Assembly (NCBI GenBank): GCA_965223845.1
Contig: CBDCXR010000004.1
Coordinates: forward strand, 4,544,001 to 4,608,000
DNA length: 64,000 nt
Reading direction: 5' to 3'
From: Planctomycetota bacterium
GTDB taxonomy: Bacteria; Planctomycetota; UBA8108; SXIK01
Under the pieces are notes generated by a model. It was not told where the DNA came from, did not search any database, and saw only the letters and a program-made list of their open reading frames with translations. Each line of letters begins with the position of its first letter. The first letter of the stretch is position 1. Position numbers and translations under genes: made by a program. Shown piece after piece: positions 18,027-28,377 of the stretch.

Positions 18027-19310
18027 ATGACATCGCGACGATCCTTCCTCACGCGGGTCTCCGCTCTCGCCGGTGCCGCGATAGTCGGGCCGGGTCGGAT
18101 CCCCCGAGCGGCCGCCGCATCGCTGCCAACACGAAAGAAGATCGCGTTTCTCGGCACTGAGGTGCGAACGCACTCACATGCGCAACACTTCCTCGACCGG
18201 TTAACTCTCGGCTACGGATGGCGCGGGGCATGGCAGAACCCTCGAGTCGATGTCGCCTCGGTTTACATCGATCAGTTTCCCGACGGCGATCTCGGGCGCG
18301 GGCGGGTCGCTCGGCACGGTCTCAAGCTCTTCCCGAGCATCGCCGAAGCCCTCACGCTCGGAACGAGCAAGCTCGCCGTCGACGGCGTCGTCATCATCGC
18401 CGAACACGGGAACTATCCGAGCAACGAGAAAGGCCAGAGGCTGTATCCGCGGTACGAGTGGTTCAAGGAGTGCGTCGAGGTCTTCGAAGCGAGCGGACGG
18501 TCCGTCCCGGTCTTCAATGACAAACACCTCTCGACGACTTGGGAGCGCTGCGCGGAGATGGTCGCGGACGCGAAGCGACTCGAGTTTCCGTTTTTCGCCG
18601 GCTCGTCGCTCCCGGTAACGCGGAGGCTCCCCGCGATCGACATGCCCCACGGAGCGCCGCTCACGGAGAGCGTCTGCGTTGCGTACGGCGGCGTCGACAG
18701 CTACGACATCCACGCGCTCGAGACCGCGCAGTGCATGTCCGAGCGAAGAAAAGGCGGCGAGGTGGGAATCTCACGCGTTCATGCGCTCCGCGGTGAAGCG
18801 GTGTGGACGAAGCTCGCCGGTGCCGACCGAGAGACGACGCGCCGACTCGTCGTATCGGCACTCACGCGGAGTCACAATTTGCCGGTCGAGGGCGGCTACT
18901 ACACCGGTCGCATCACGTTCGACTGGGCTCGCAAGGTATTTCGGAATCCCGTCGCGTACTTCATAGATCATCGCGACGGATTTCGCACGACGATGCTCCT
19001 CATCGAGATCCGCGACTTCAACTACGCCGGCATGCGCGCCGACACGGGGGAAGTCGTTTCGTGCCAGATGTATCTCCCGATGCCCGGTCACGGCTCCTCC
19101 ACGGCCGATTTCTTCCATCCGCTCACGCGTCACATCGAGGACGCCGTCATCACGGGCAAAGTCCCCTACCCGGCCGAGCGCACTTTGCTCACGTCCGGTA
19201 TGACGCTCGCGGGGGTCGAGTCGCTCCACCGCGGCCAGGTACCGGTCGATACTCCGGAGATGGCGGTTCGATACTCCGTCGGACCGGAGTCGACGTTTTG
19301 GCGAGACTGA
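18027..19310 (+). CDS. Tat-exported Gfo/Idh/MocA-like (Rossmann) conserved hypothetical protein
   Basis: SRRSFL twin-arginine signal; AVDGVVIIAEHG, VFNDKHL, AGSSLP, YDIHALE, PYPAERTLL motifs. Confidence 0.65.
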   Translation: MTSRRSFLTRVSALAGAAIVGPGRIPRAAAASLPTRKKIAFLGTEVRTHSHAQHFLDRLTLGYGWRGAWQNPRVDVASVYIDQFPDGDLGRGRVARHGLKLFPSIAEALTLGTSKLAVDGVVIIAEHGNYPSNEKGQRLYPRYEWFKECVEVFEASGRSVPVFNDKHLSTTWERCAEMVADAKRLEFPFFAGSSLPVTRRLPAIDMPHGAPLTESVCVAYGGVDSYDIHALETAQCMSERRKGGEVGISRVHALRGEAVWTKLAGADRETTRRLVVSALTRSHNLPVEGGYYTGRITFDWARKVFRNPVAYFIDHRDGFRTTMLLIEIRDFNYAGMRADTGEVVSCQMYLPMPGHGSSTADFFHPLTRHIEDAVITGKVPYPAERTLLTSGMTLAGVESLHRGQVPVDTPEMAVRYSVGPESTFWRD

Positions 19311-19320
19311 GATCCGAGTC

Positions 19321-20976
19321 TTGGACGAAGATCGCCGATCGCGCGCCATCCGCCGCAATATCGATCTTGCCCGGCGCTACGTCCAAGCGGGAAGCGGACC
19401 CGAGACCATCGGGGTCGTAGCGGGATCCGAAGCCGCTCAGAGCTACTGGGAGGCGCGGCTCGCGGCGCGGGGGTTCGGCGCGAGACAGGCACTCTCCTTT
19501 CACGAAGATCGTCCCGTCAACCAGGCCTTCGGCGTCCTGCTTCTCTGGCGTCGACTGCGCGAGCGGCTCTCGCGCGCTGAGGGTGCACTGGTCGCGTTCG
19601 TGTTCGGCGATGGCACTCGCGCGAGTCCGTGGACGGAGACCGAGCTCGGCCAGAAGGCGGCGATCGCGACCTTCGTGGCGGATCGGACGCTCGCGGCACC
19701 GCGGTACCTCTCCGTCGTCGAGCTCGCGCTCCGCCACTTCGCTCCCATCGAACGCTACCTTCACCGCTCGGGTTTCGACGGACTCGTCGTCAAATGGGGA
19801 GACGAGATTCAGATTCCGACGCTCGACCTCTCCGGGTCGGATCCGCGTCTGCGCGACGCGGACGTCGTTCGCTTCGTCTCCGAACGAGCGATGACAAGCG
19901 ACGAGGCCGAGCACAAGGATTGGATGGGAATCGGTCCGGATCGCGCCGTCACTGAGTTCATTCCTCGACGACCGCTGAAGCGGATGGCCGAGCTCGCCGA
20001 TCGTCGCGTGATCCGGCGACGCGGGGGCGAGCTTTGGGGAGGAGTCAATCTCGGCTCGATCGCGATCTCGCGCCGGTTCCTCGATGCCTTGGTCGCTGAA
20101 TTCGACGCGGAGCTCGACGATCGCTTCGCGGCCCGCGCCGTGCGCCCAGATCTCGATCCGCAGTTCTTTACCGCCCTCACGATCGCGCGGATCGGCGACG
20201 CTCGAGAGCGCGATCGAGCGTGGAATCGCGCTCGCGAGGAAAGCGCGGCGGTCGCGCGGCTCCATCGAGATTCGCCGGATTTATTCTCGCGCGTTCGACG
20301 AGTGGTCGAGCGGTTCGAAGCCGAGATCGCTCGGCCGCTCCAGATCGCCGCCGTCGATCTCGGCGAACCGTACTGGGGTGACGTCGGTCAGCACTCGAAA
20401 ATCCGAGAGTTCTTCATGACGCTTCGCGAGCGGTCGACAGCGGGGACGATCGCGCGCGCCCTCGCAGGGATCTCGAACGAACGCGACGAATGGGGAAACG
20501 TGATCGCCGGCAGCTCTACGATCAGTCCGGACATCTCCGTTCGCGACTCCGTCCTTCTCGATGTGCAGCTCCTCGGGAGCGGAAAGATCGAGAATTCGGT
20601 ACTCATCGGAACGAAAGCAGGAGATGTCGCGTCGAGCGAAGCGTTCGATGTCCTGAGCATCGCAGCCTCCCTCACTCTCTCGAGAGGCAGTGGGACGTAC
20701 CGAGTCCTCGCCGAGGACGACTGCCGCCTTGCAGCGGGAGAACGGTGGACGACGTTGGTCACCGACGAAAGGCTGACTCAACTCCGCGTCGACGAATCGA
20801 CGGATCTCGGATGGGACGCGGCTGACTATCGGCGCCCCGTGCTATCGAACTCGATGTCGTTCCGAGACGCTCACCGGACGGCGGGGAAGCAGGATCCGAA
20901 GGTGGTGAGGACGCGTCGCCAGGCGATCGAGCGCGACGTCTGGCGGCGGATTCGCCGGCGCGGCGGATTCGCGTAG
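19321..20976 (+). CDS. Divergent sugar-1-phosphate nucleotidyltransferase-like protein
   Basis: FVFGDGTRASP...QK resembles GxGTRxxP..K; KWGDE; C-terminal beta-helix-like 'VRDSVLLD..IENSVLIG'; 10 bp after the previous stop. Confidence 0.5.
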   Translation: MDEDRRSRAIRRNIDLARRYVQAGSGPETIGVVAGSEAAQSYWEARLAARGFGARQALSFHEDRPVNQAFGVLLLWRRLRERLSRAEGALVAFVFGDGTRASPWTETELGQKAAIATFVADRTLAAPRYLSVVELALRHFAPIERYLHRSGFDGLVVKWGDEIQIPTLDLSGSDPRLRDADVVRFVSERAMTSDEAEHKDWMGIGPDRAVTEFIPRRPLKRMAELADRRVIRRRGGELWGGVNLGSIAISRRFLDALVAEFDAELDDRFAARAVRPDLDPQFFTALTIARIGDARERDRAWNRAREESAAVARLHRDSPDLFSRVRRVVERFEAEIARPLQIAAVDLGEPYWGDVGQHSKIREFFMTLRERSTAGTIARALAGISNERDEWGNVIAGSSTISPDISVRDSVLLDVQLLGSGKIENSVLIGTKAGDVASSEAFDVLSIAASLTLSRGSGTYRVLAEDDCRLAAGERWTTLVTDERLTQLRVDESTDLGWDAADYRRPVLSNSMSFRDAHRTAGKQDPKVVRTRRQAIERDVWRRIRRRGGFA

Positions 20977-21287
20977 ATCGTCACACCTCGACACGAGCGC
21001 TCGGAGAGCGTGTAGCCAACGTCCGGAAACACGCCGGGGAGCGATCGGGCCGACTCTCTCCGGTTCCAGAAAACGCACCGGGTTGGCGTCGCTCCTCGTC
21101 GCACGGAATACTTCTTCGTCGATGTTCCCGTCGCGTCGGACTCAGGATCGGGGCTTAAGCGTAGCAGCTACGCGACGCCCATCGATCGCTCGCCGCGAGC
21201 TCGTCCCGAGCTGGATCGTTTCCTTTGGGAAAGAAGCGGGTCGTCGACAGAGCCGACCGAACCGACTTCCCAACGATCGCTCGACCC

Positions 21288-21959
21288 ATGATCGATCTCG
21301 CTCTGAATGCCGAATCGCCGCGACCGACTCGCACTTGGGTAGTCGTTAGCGCATGGGCTGCTCTAACCGCGGCCGTCTTCGCGGTCGCCATCGACTACGA
21401 GCACTCGCCCGGCGTGAGTGCGGCAGCTCCTCCAGTGTGGCCAGAGAGCTCCAAGCTCCCGCCGCCCGATGAACGCCCCTCCCTTGTCATGGTCGTCCAC
21501 CCGCATTGCCCTTGCTCGCGGGCCTCGATCTCCGAGCTCGCGATCATCGTCGCGCGCTGCCGAGATCGCCTGGAGCCTCACGTCCTTTTTCTCAAACCGG
21601 ATGGCGTCGAGAAGGGCTGGGAGAAAACCGACCTCTGGGAGTTCGCGGCGACGATTCCAGGCGTCACGGTCCACATCGATCTCGGCGGCCAAGAATCCCG
21701 GCGATTTGGCGCCGAAACGTCCGGTCAAGTCTTCGTCTACAGCGCCGAAGGCGAACTCGAGTTTGCGGGGGGGATCACCAAGTCCCGAGGCCACGAGGGG
21801 GGAAATCGCGGCCGAGACAAGGTGATCCAAGCGGTTCTTAGTCCCCATGGTGGTCCCGCGGCGACGCCGGTCTTCGGCTGCGAGCTCGGCACCGATGGCA
21901 CTTTCGCAACTCAGGTGAACAGCGCGACACCGTTCGCGTCGAAGCATGAACGAAGCTGA
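21288..21959 (+). CDS. RedB-like thioredoxin-fold exported protein
   Basis: N-terminal TM; HPHCPCSRAS, FGAETSG, GGITxSRGHEG, PVFGC motifs; overlaps the kinase start. Confidence 0.75.
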   Translation: MIDLALNAESPRPTRTWVVVSAWAALTAAVFAVAIDYEHSPGVSAAAPPVWPESSKLPPPDERPSLVMVVHPHCPCSRASISELAIIVARCRDRLEPHVLFLKPDGVEKGWEKTDLWEFAATIPGVTVHIDLGGQESRRFGAETSGQVFVYSAEGELEFAGGITKSRGHEGGNRGRDKVIQAVLSPHGGPAATPVFGCELGTDGTFATQVNSATPFASKHERS

Positions 21960-24198
21960 TACCGCCACGCAAATCGAAAACCGCGGCCGCGAAATCTTTC
22001 GCGAGAATCGCGCTCACGTTTTCCGGCAAACCGATCGTCTCTTCGCCTACCTGATGCTCTTTCAGTGGGCCGCGGGAATCGTCTGCGCGCTATTGATCTC
22101 TCCGAAGACCTGGGTCGGCACGGAGAGCTCGACCCACGTTCACGTTCTCCTCGCCGTGTTCGGCGGAGGCCTCATCACCTCGCTCCCGGTCATTCTCGCA
22201 TTCCGCGCGCCCGCGCAGCCGCTCACCCGCCACACGATCGCGGTGGGACAGATGCTGACCTCAGCGCTCCTCATTCACCTCACCGGCGGGCGCATCGAAA
22301 CGCACTTTCACGTGTTCGGATCGCTCGCCATCCTCGCGTTCTATCTCGACATCAAGGTCTTGATCACGGCAACCGTCGTCATCGCCGTCGACCACCTCGT
22401 TCGCGGCGTCTTCTGGCCGCAGTCTGTGTTCGGGATCCTCACGTCCAGTCCTTGGCGCGCATTCGAGCACGCCGGCTGGGTGCTGTTCGAGAACACCTTC
22501 CTGACGATCTCCATCGTCCGGGGCGTCAGGGCCATGCGTTCGGTCGCGGAAAAGCGTGCCGAGCTCGAGATCACCAATCGCGTCGTCGAGGCGAAGGTTT
22601 GCGAACGTACGGTTCAGCTCCGCCACAGCATGAACCAGGCGGAAGAGGCGAACAAAGCCAAGTCGAATTTTCTCGCGAACATGAGCCACGAGATTCGAAC
22701 GCCGCTCAACAGCATCCTCGGCTTCGTCCACCTCCTCCGAGAAGGAGCCGATGACGGCGACAAGGAGACACGCGACGATTGGCTCCGCACAGTCGAGCGG
22801 AGCAGTCACCACCTCTCGAGTTTGATCAACGATATTCTCGACCTCTCCAAAATCGAAGCGGGCCGGCTCGAGGTCGAGCGCATCCCCTGCGCTCCGCACC
22901 AGATCTTCGCCGACGTCGCCTCGATCCTGCGCGTCCGCGCGGCAGAAAAGGGGATTCAGCTCGAGCTCTCCTACGAGTCGCCGCTCCCGAAGGTGATTCA
23001 CAGTGATCCGACGCGGCTCCGCCAGCTCCTCATGAACCTCGTCGGGAATGCGGTCAAGTTCACCGACACCGGCAGTGTCCGCATGAGCGCCGAGCTCGTC
23101 GACGTAGACGGCAAGCAACGCCTCCGCATCCGAATCATCGACAGCGGAGTCGGCATCGCCGCGGAGAAGCTCGAGAGGATCTTCGACCCGTTCGTCCAGG
23201 CCGACAACACGGTCACGCGCCAATTCGGCGGCACGGGACTCGGCCTCGCGATCACGAAGCACATCGCCGAGTCGCTCGGCGGCTCGATCCGCGTGACGAG
23301 CGAGGTCGGGAAGGGGAGCACGTTCGAGGTCGATATCGATCCGGGGGCGATCGATGACGTCGAGATGATCGACAATCCGACGACCGAGTCCGTCTGCGGT
23401 TCTTCCGCGCGGCGAAAAAAGGGAACGATCCGGATTCCGGGGTCCGTCCTTCTCGTCGAAGACGGCGAGGCGAACCGAAAAATGCTCGGACTCATCATGC
23501 GGCGGGCGGGAGCCACCGTCGTGACGGCGGAAAACGGCCAAATCGGAGTCGAGCTCGCATCGAACCAGCACTTCGACGTCATCGTGATGGACATGCAGAT
23601 GCCCGTCATGGATGGCTACACGGCGACGCGCACGCTCCGCGAAAACGGATTCACCGTCCCGATCATTGCGCTCACCGCGCACGCCATGCGGGGAGATGAG
23701 AAACGGTGCCTCGACGCCGGCTGCTCGAACTATCTCACGAAGCCCGTCGAGTCGGAAGATCTGCTCGCGGCGATCGCGAAGGCGTTCAACTCGGGCTCGA
23801 GCAGCGGGTCGTCCGATCCCAAGAACGAGTCGAAACGTCAGATAGAGGCGGGCATCGAGTCGAACGAAGCGATCGTCTGCGAGCTACCGATCGATGATCC
23901 CGAGATCCGCGAGATCGTCGGCGAGTTTCTCGATGAGCTCGATACGAATCTGAAGGCGATGCGAACGGCCTTCGATGAGGAGGATATCGAGGCCGTCGGG
24001 CGCGGGGCTCACTGGCTGAAGGGAAGTGGTGCCGTCCTAGGCTTCAGCGTCCTCAGCGAGGTCGCAGCGAAACTCCAGGATTACGCTCGCGAGGGAGACG
24101 TCGACGCGGTCGCTACCGGCCTCAAGTCCCTCGAATCTCTCTACTCGCGGATTTCGTGGAAGAAAGCCGAGCCCGCCGCGGAAACGAGCGAAGCGTAG
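21946..24198 (+). CDS. Hybrid sensor histidine kinase (RedC-like membrane sensor, HisKA, HATPase, REC, Hpt)
   Basis: TM domain with GGRIETHFHVF; MSHEIRTP; NLVGNAVKFT; DSGVG; GGTGLGL; DMQMP; AHWLKGSG. Confidence 0.93.
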   Translation: MNEADTATQIENRGREIFRENRAHVFRQTDRLFAYLMLFQWAAGIVCALLISPKTWVGTESSTHVHVLLAVFGGGLITSLPVILAFRAPAQPLTRHTIAVGQMLTSALLIHLTGGRIETHFHVFGSLAILAFYLDIKVLITATVVIAVDHLVRGVFWPQSVFGILTSSPWRAFEHAGWVLFENTFLTISIVRGVRAMRSVAEKRAELEITNRVVEAKVCERTVQLRHSMNQAEEANKAKSNFLANMSHEIRTPLNSILGFVHLLREGADDGDKETRDDWLRTVERSSHHLSSLINDILDLSKIEAGRLEVERIPCAPHQIFADVASILRVRAAEKGIQLELSYESPLPKVIHSDPTRLRQLLMNLVGNAVKFTDTGSVRMSAELVDVDGKQRLRIRIIDSGVGIAAEKLERIFDPFVQADNTVTRQFGGTGLGLAITKHIAESLGGSIRVTSEVGKGSTFEVDIDPGAIDDVEMIDNPTTESVCGSSARRKKGTIRIPGSVLLVEDGEANRKMLGLIMRRAGATVVTAENGQIGVELASNQHFDVIVMDMQMPVMDGYTATRTLRENGFTVPIIALTAHAMRGDEKRCLDAGCSNYLTKPVESEDLLAAIAKAFNSGSSSGSSDPKNESKRQIEAGIESNEAIVCELPIDDPEIREIVGEFLDELDTNLKAMRTAFDEEDIEAVGRGAHWLKGSGAVLGFSVLSEVAAKLQDYAREGDVDAVATGLKSLESLYSRISWKKAEPAAETSEA

Positions 24199-24398
24199 AC
24201 TTTCTGCTCGCCTGTCGGCGCTTCGCCGAAACGCGTCGCGAATGCGATGGTCGACGCGGCCCGCCGCGAGTAGTCTGACTCGCGCGTCGGACGCCGGCAG
24301 AGACGGCGTCGCGCAGGATTCGACTCGCGACGCCGCCCTCACGGCAACGTGCACACCTGCCGGCGCCTGGCCCCGACGGAGCGGGAGGGACTTCGGAG

Positions 24399-25514
24399 AT
24401 GAGCGGTGTACGAATTCTCGTCGGCACGCGAAAAGGCGCGTTCATTCTGACGTCCGACGAGACGCGAGAGCAGTGGGACATCAACGGCCCCCTCTTCGCG
24501 GGTTGGGAGATCTATCACGTCAAGGGATCGCCGGCCGATCCGAACCGCCTCTACGCGTCTCAGTCGAGTAGCTGGTTCGGGCAGGTGATTCAGCGGTCGG
24601 ACGACGGCGGAGCGACCTGGGATCCCGTCGGAAACGAGTTCACCTACGATGGCGTACCCGGAACGCACCAGACGTTCGACGGCACGCAGCATCCGTGGGA
24701 GTTCGCCCGCGTGTGGCATCTCGAGCCATCACTCGACGATCCGGACACGGTGTTCGCGGGCGTCGAGGATGCGGCGCTCTTTCGGTCGCAGGACGGAGGT
24801 AAGACGTGGCGCGAGCTCGCCGGGCTGCGCAATCACGGCTCGGGTTCGTGTTGGCAGCCCGGCGCCGGAGGTATGTGCCTCCACACGATCGTTCTCGATC
24901 CCTCCGACGCGAAGCGAATGTTCGTCGCGATCTCGGTCGCCGGCGTCTTTCGCACGGACGACGGAGGCGAGTCCTGGAACCCGATGAACCGCGGGCTCAA
25001 GTCCGGTGAGATTCCGGATCCCACGGCTGAGGTCGGACACTGCGTGCATCGCATCGCCATCCACCCGACGCGCCCCAATGTCCTTTTCATGCAGAAGCAC
25101 TGGGATGTGATGCGAAGCGACAACGCCGGCGACTCATGGCGCGAAGTGAGCGGAAATCTCCCGAGCGACTTCGGGTTTCCGATCGATGTGCACGCCCACG
25201 AGCCGGAGACGATCTACGTCGTTCCCATCAAGAGCGACTCCGAGCACTATCCGCCCGACGGCAAGCTGAGGGTCTACCGAAGTCGAACCGGCGGGGACGA
25301 CTGGGAGGCGCTCTCGAACGGGCTCCCACAGAGCGATTGCTACGTGAACGTGCTTCGCGAGTCGATGGCGGTCGACTCGCTGCCCTCATGCGGCGTGTAC
25401 TTCGGAACGACCGGCGGACAGCTCTACGTCTCTCCGGACGGAGGGGATTCGTGGCGGTCGATCGTGCGAGATTTTCCCGCGATTCTATCGGTCGAAGTGC
25501 AGACACTTTCGTGA
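24399..25514 (+). CDS. BNR/Asp-box repeat beta-propeller (exo-alpha-sialidase-like), cytoplasmic
   Basis: GTRKGAF start; repeated SxDGGxTW Asp-boxes; no signal peptide. Confidence 0.85.
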   Translation: MSGVRILVGTRKGAFILTSDETREQWDINGPLFAGWEIYHVKGSPADPNRLYASQSSSWFGQVIQRSDDGGATWDPVGNEFTYDGVPGTHQTFDGTQHPWEFARVWHLEPSLDDPDTVFAGVEDAALFRSQDGGKTWRELAGLRNHGSGSCWQPGAGGMCLHTIVLDPSDAKRMFVAISVAGVFRTDDGGESWNPMNRGLKSGEIPDPTAEVGHCVHRIAIHPTRPNVLFMQKHWDVMRSDNAGDSWREVSGNLPSDFGFPIDVHAHEPETIYVVPIKSDSEHYPPDGKLRVYRSRTGGDDWEALSNGLPQSDCYVNVLRESMAVDSLPSCGVYFGTTGGQLYVSPDGGDSWRSIVRDFPAILSVEVQTLS

Positions 25515-25807
25515 TCCGCGTCGTGCTCCCCGCGCACCTCCGCACGCTCGCGCGCGTCTCCGGAGAGATCGAGGTCGAGGTCGCACCTCCGGTGACGCTC
25601 GCGGCGGTCGTCGCGGCGGTCGAGGATCGGTTTCCTACGCTCCGCGGCACGATCCGCGACCACGCGACGAAGAAGCGCCGCGCCTACGTCCGCTATTTCG
25701 TGTGCGGCGAGGACGTTTCCCACGCGCCGCCCGAAACTCGCGTCCCGCCCGCGGTCGTCAACGGCGAAGAACCGTTCCTCATCCTCGGAGCGATGTCCGG
25801 CGGTTGA
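25511..25807 (+). CDS. MoaD/ThiS-family ubiquitin-like protein
   Basis: GTGA overlap with the BNR gene; 98 aa [10 protein letters not shown]... ending in GAMSGG. Confidence 0.88.
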   Translation: MIRVVLPAHLRTLARVSGEIEVEVAPPVTLAAVVAAVEDRFPTLRGTIRDHATKKRRAYVRYFVCGEDVSHAPPETRVPPAVVNGEEPFLILGAMSGG

Positions 25808-25944
25808 TCACCCGGTCGAGCCGCGCGCGGACTCCGTCCGCGACTGGCGGAGCGAACTCGACTGATCGGCGCTCGGATCGGCGCTACAATGATCCGAGAC
25901 AAGGTCGCAGAGGGGTTCGCCCCGAGGACTCGGAGGGATCTCAC

Positions 25945-27258
25945 GTGCGAAGTTTCAGCTGCATTCTCGTCGTATTCGTGGTCGCGCAAGGGGCGCTCGC
26001 GGCGCCGAAGAACGAAGTCTACCGGCGCGACGTCGAGTACGCGCTCGCGCAGATCGAGGAAAAATGCGGGCACTTCTTCAAAGAGAAGAAGATCGACTGG
26101 AAGAAGGTCTCGCGGCAGTTTCGAAAGGAAGTTCAGAGCGTCAAATCGGATCAAGACCATCTCGTGCTCCTCGTTCGACTCCTCGCGCGGCTCGAAGACG
26201 GCCACGCGGCGGTACGTCCGCTCGAAAGAGGAAAGCGCGTACGCTGGCCGAACGATGGCTCGGCCAATCGCACCGGGCCGGGCATGTTCTGGTGCCGGAG
26301 CGGGAAGAAGATTCTAGTCAAGAACAGTTGGTCGGCCGCGGAGAAGGCGGGGATCCGTCCGGGCATGGAGATCCTCGCGGTAAATCGTATTCCGGCCGCG
26401 AAATGGCTCGCGAAGCGCGTCGAGGACCTCTCCGACAAGATCAGCTTCTCGACGGACCATCAGGCGTTCTTTTACGCGTGCCATTGGGGGCTCGCCGATG
26501 CACCCGGAACGCGTCTGCGCCTCACCGTAAGGAACGCGAAGGGTCGTCGCGGCGCGGCCACGATCGTGTACGCGAAAGCGAATCCGGTGCCGTCCGGACC
26601 GGCATTTCCACCCGAAGGATTGACGAGCGCGAACGACATCTACTACGGGACGACGAAGGCCGGTTGGGGATACATCCACGTTAGACGTTGCCCCGGCAAC
26701 CTCCCCGAGTTGACCGATCAAGCGCTCGCGACGCTCGGAAACGTACCCGGCCTCATCCTCGACTTTCGCGGCAATTCAGGCGGTGGCTTCGATCACGACG
26801 GATTCCTCGGGCGGTTCATTCCCGAAGGAAAGTCGATCCGGTTCGGGAAGCGATACCGGAGCGCCGGTCCGAATCCCTACGGCGGTCCGATCGTCGTGAT
26901 TATCGATGCAACGGTTCGGAGCGCGGGCGAAACAGCCGCAGGGATCTTCAAGGAGGATGGCCGCGGCTACATGATCGGCGAAAGCCCGACGGCAGGTATG
27001 TCATCGAGCAAGACGACGATTCCGCTTCCTTCCGAACTGTTCGAGCTCTACGTCTCCGTCCACTCGAACAAGAAGAGGTTCAACCGCGGTCGCGGCATCG
27101 AAGGGATCGGCGTGCTCCCGCACGAGGAAGTTGCGTTCCAAGCGAAAGATCTCGCCGCGGGCGTCGACACGTTGATTCGGAGGGCAGAGGCGATTCTCGC
27201 GAAGTTTCCGCAGTCGAGAGTGCCGTACAATCCGGCTCGCTTCGGTTGGTCGAAGTGA
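25945..27258 (+). CDS. S41 family (tail-specific) peptidase, secreted
   Basis: GGAGGG RBS + GTG; signal peptide; LEDGH, LILDFRGNSGGG, RSAGE, IEGIGVLPH. Confidence 0.88.
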   Translation: MRSFSCILVVFVVAQGALAAPKNEVYRRDVEYALAQIEEKCGHFFKEKKIDWKKVSRQFRKEVQSVKSDQDHLVLLVRLLARLEDGHAAVRPLERGKRVRWPNDGSANRTGPGMFWCRSGKKILVKNSWSAAEKAGIRPGMEILAVNRIPAAKWLAKRVEDLSDKISFSTDHQAFFYACHWGLADAPGTRLRLTVRNAKGRRGAATIVYAKANPVPSGPAFPPEGLTSANDIYYGTTKAGWGYIHVRRCPGNLPELTDQALATLGNVPGLILDFRGNSGGGFDHDGFLGRFIPEGKSIRFGKRYRSAGPNPYGGPIVVIIDATVRSAGETAAGIFKEDGRGYMIGESPTAGMSSSKTTIPLPSELFELYVSVHSNKKRFNRGRGIEGIGVLPHEEVAFQAKDLAAGVDTLIRRAEAILAKFPQSRVPYNPARFGWSK

Positions 27259-27317
27259 GCGCGCGCAGGTATTCGCTTCGGCCTCTGGCATTTCCTTCGT
27301 TCTCCGCACGGGCGTTC

Positions 27318-28268
27318 TCACGCGCGAACCACGGGGAGCTGTATCCAGATCTCGAAGTTCTCCGTCCCGTGAGCGAACGGCCGGCCCATCCATGCTTCGA
27401 AACTCGGATGCCGGTCCGGCACGTATCCGCTCCGCGGTAGCCAGGTTCCGTACAACCAGTCGAGGGCGCGCAGTTCGAGATCGATTCCGCCACGCACGGG
27501 GACTTCCGCTACGAACATCGCGGGGAACTCAAATCGCCCGATTTCGCCGTCGGGTCGACACTCAGCCGTTTGCCCGGAAACCTCGATGGCGACATCGTAG
27601 CGGCAATCTTCGAGCGCCGTGATCGTCGGATCGTCCCACATGTACCCGAGCCACTGGTTATCGGCAGCGCCGCGCGCCTCGGCCCAAGCGATCAAGCGCT
27701 CCGTCGCTTTCTCGACCGCACCCGGTCGGTACGAATCGGAAACGCGGATGTAGGCGACCGTTCGAGCCGGAACCTGGCGCAACTCGACGGCGAAACCGTC
27801 GGGGTTTTCTCCCAAAGGCACGCGATCCAAACGATGGGCGCCGAACTGGCCACGGGCGATCGCGGCCAGCTCCGCGCGCCTCGTTTCCCGTAGCGCGGTC
27901 CCGTCGAAGACGTTCGGCGGAACACCGAAGCGCTTTTTGAAACGGCGCGAGAAATCGGACGAAGACGAGAAACCGCAAGCGAACGCGATTTCTGTCAGCG
28001 TTCGATTCGGCTGATGGGTGCGCATGGCGAGTGCGCGCTCGAGTCGAACCCGCCCGACGAACTCGTTGAGCGTTTCGCCCATGAGCGACTTGAAGATGCG
28101 GTGGAAGTGAAACGGCGAGAACACGGCGATTTCGGCCGCAGTCTCGAGGTCGATGGGCTCGTCGAGGTGCGCGACGACGTGGTCGATCACTCGGTTCACA
28201 CGCTCGCGATAATCGTGAGAGAGGTTGTCGCCGTTCGCGCCGGCAGAATCGTCGCTTGTAGATCGCAA
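27318..28268 (-). CDS. AraC family regulator with GyrI-like effector domain
   Basis: FSPFHFHRIFK, IAFACGFSSSSDFSRRFKK; CRYD, LYGTWLPRSGY. Start uncertain. Confidence 0.92.
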   Translation of the reverse strand: MRSTSDDSAGANGDNLSHDYRERVNRVIDHVVAHLDEPIDLETAAEIAVFSPFHFHRIFKSLMGETLNEFVGRVRLERALAMRTHQPNRTLTEIAFACGFSSSSDFSRRFKKRFGVPPNVFDGTALRETRRAELAAIARGQFGAHRLDRVPLGENPDGFAVELRQVPARTVAYIRVSDSYRPGAVEKATERLIAWAEARGAADNQWLGYMWDDPTITALEDCRYDVAIEVSGQTAECRPDGEIGRFEFPAMFVAEVPVRGGIDLELRALDWLYGTWLPRSGYVPDRHPSFEAWMGRPFAHGTENFEIWIQLPVVRA

Positions 28269-28377
28269 GATATGTCAAGCAGCCCGACTCGGGCTGGTGT
28301 AGCGTGCTCGAGTGATTTCTGGATTCGAATCCGCAGTCGACGCCGTCAATCCCTCAACCGTTCGGAGAACATCGAAT

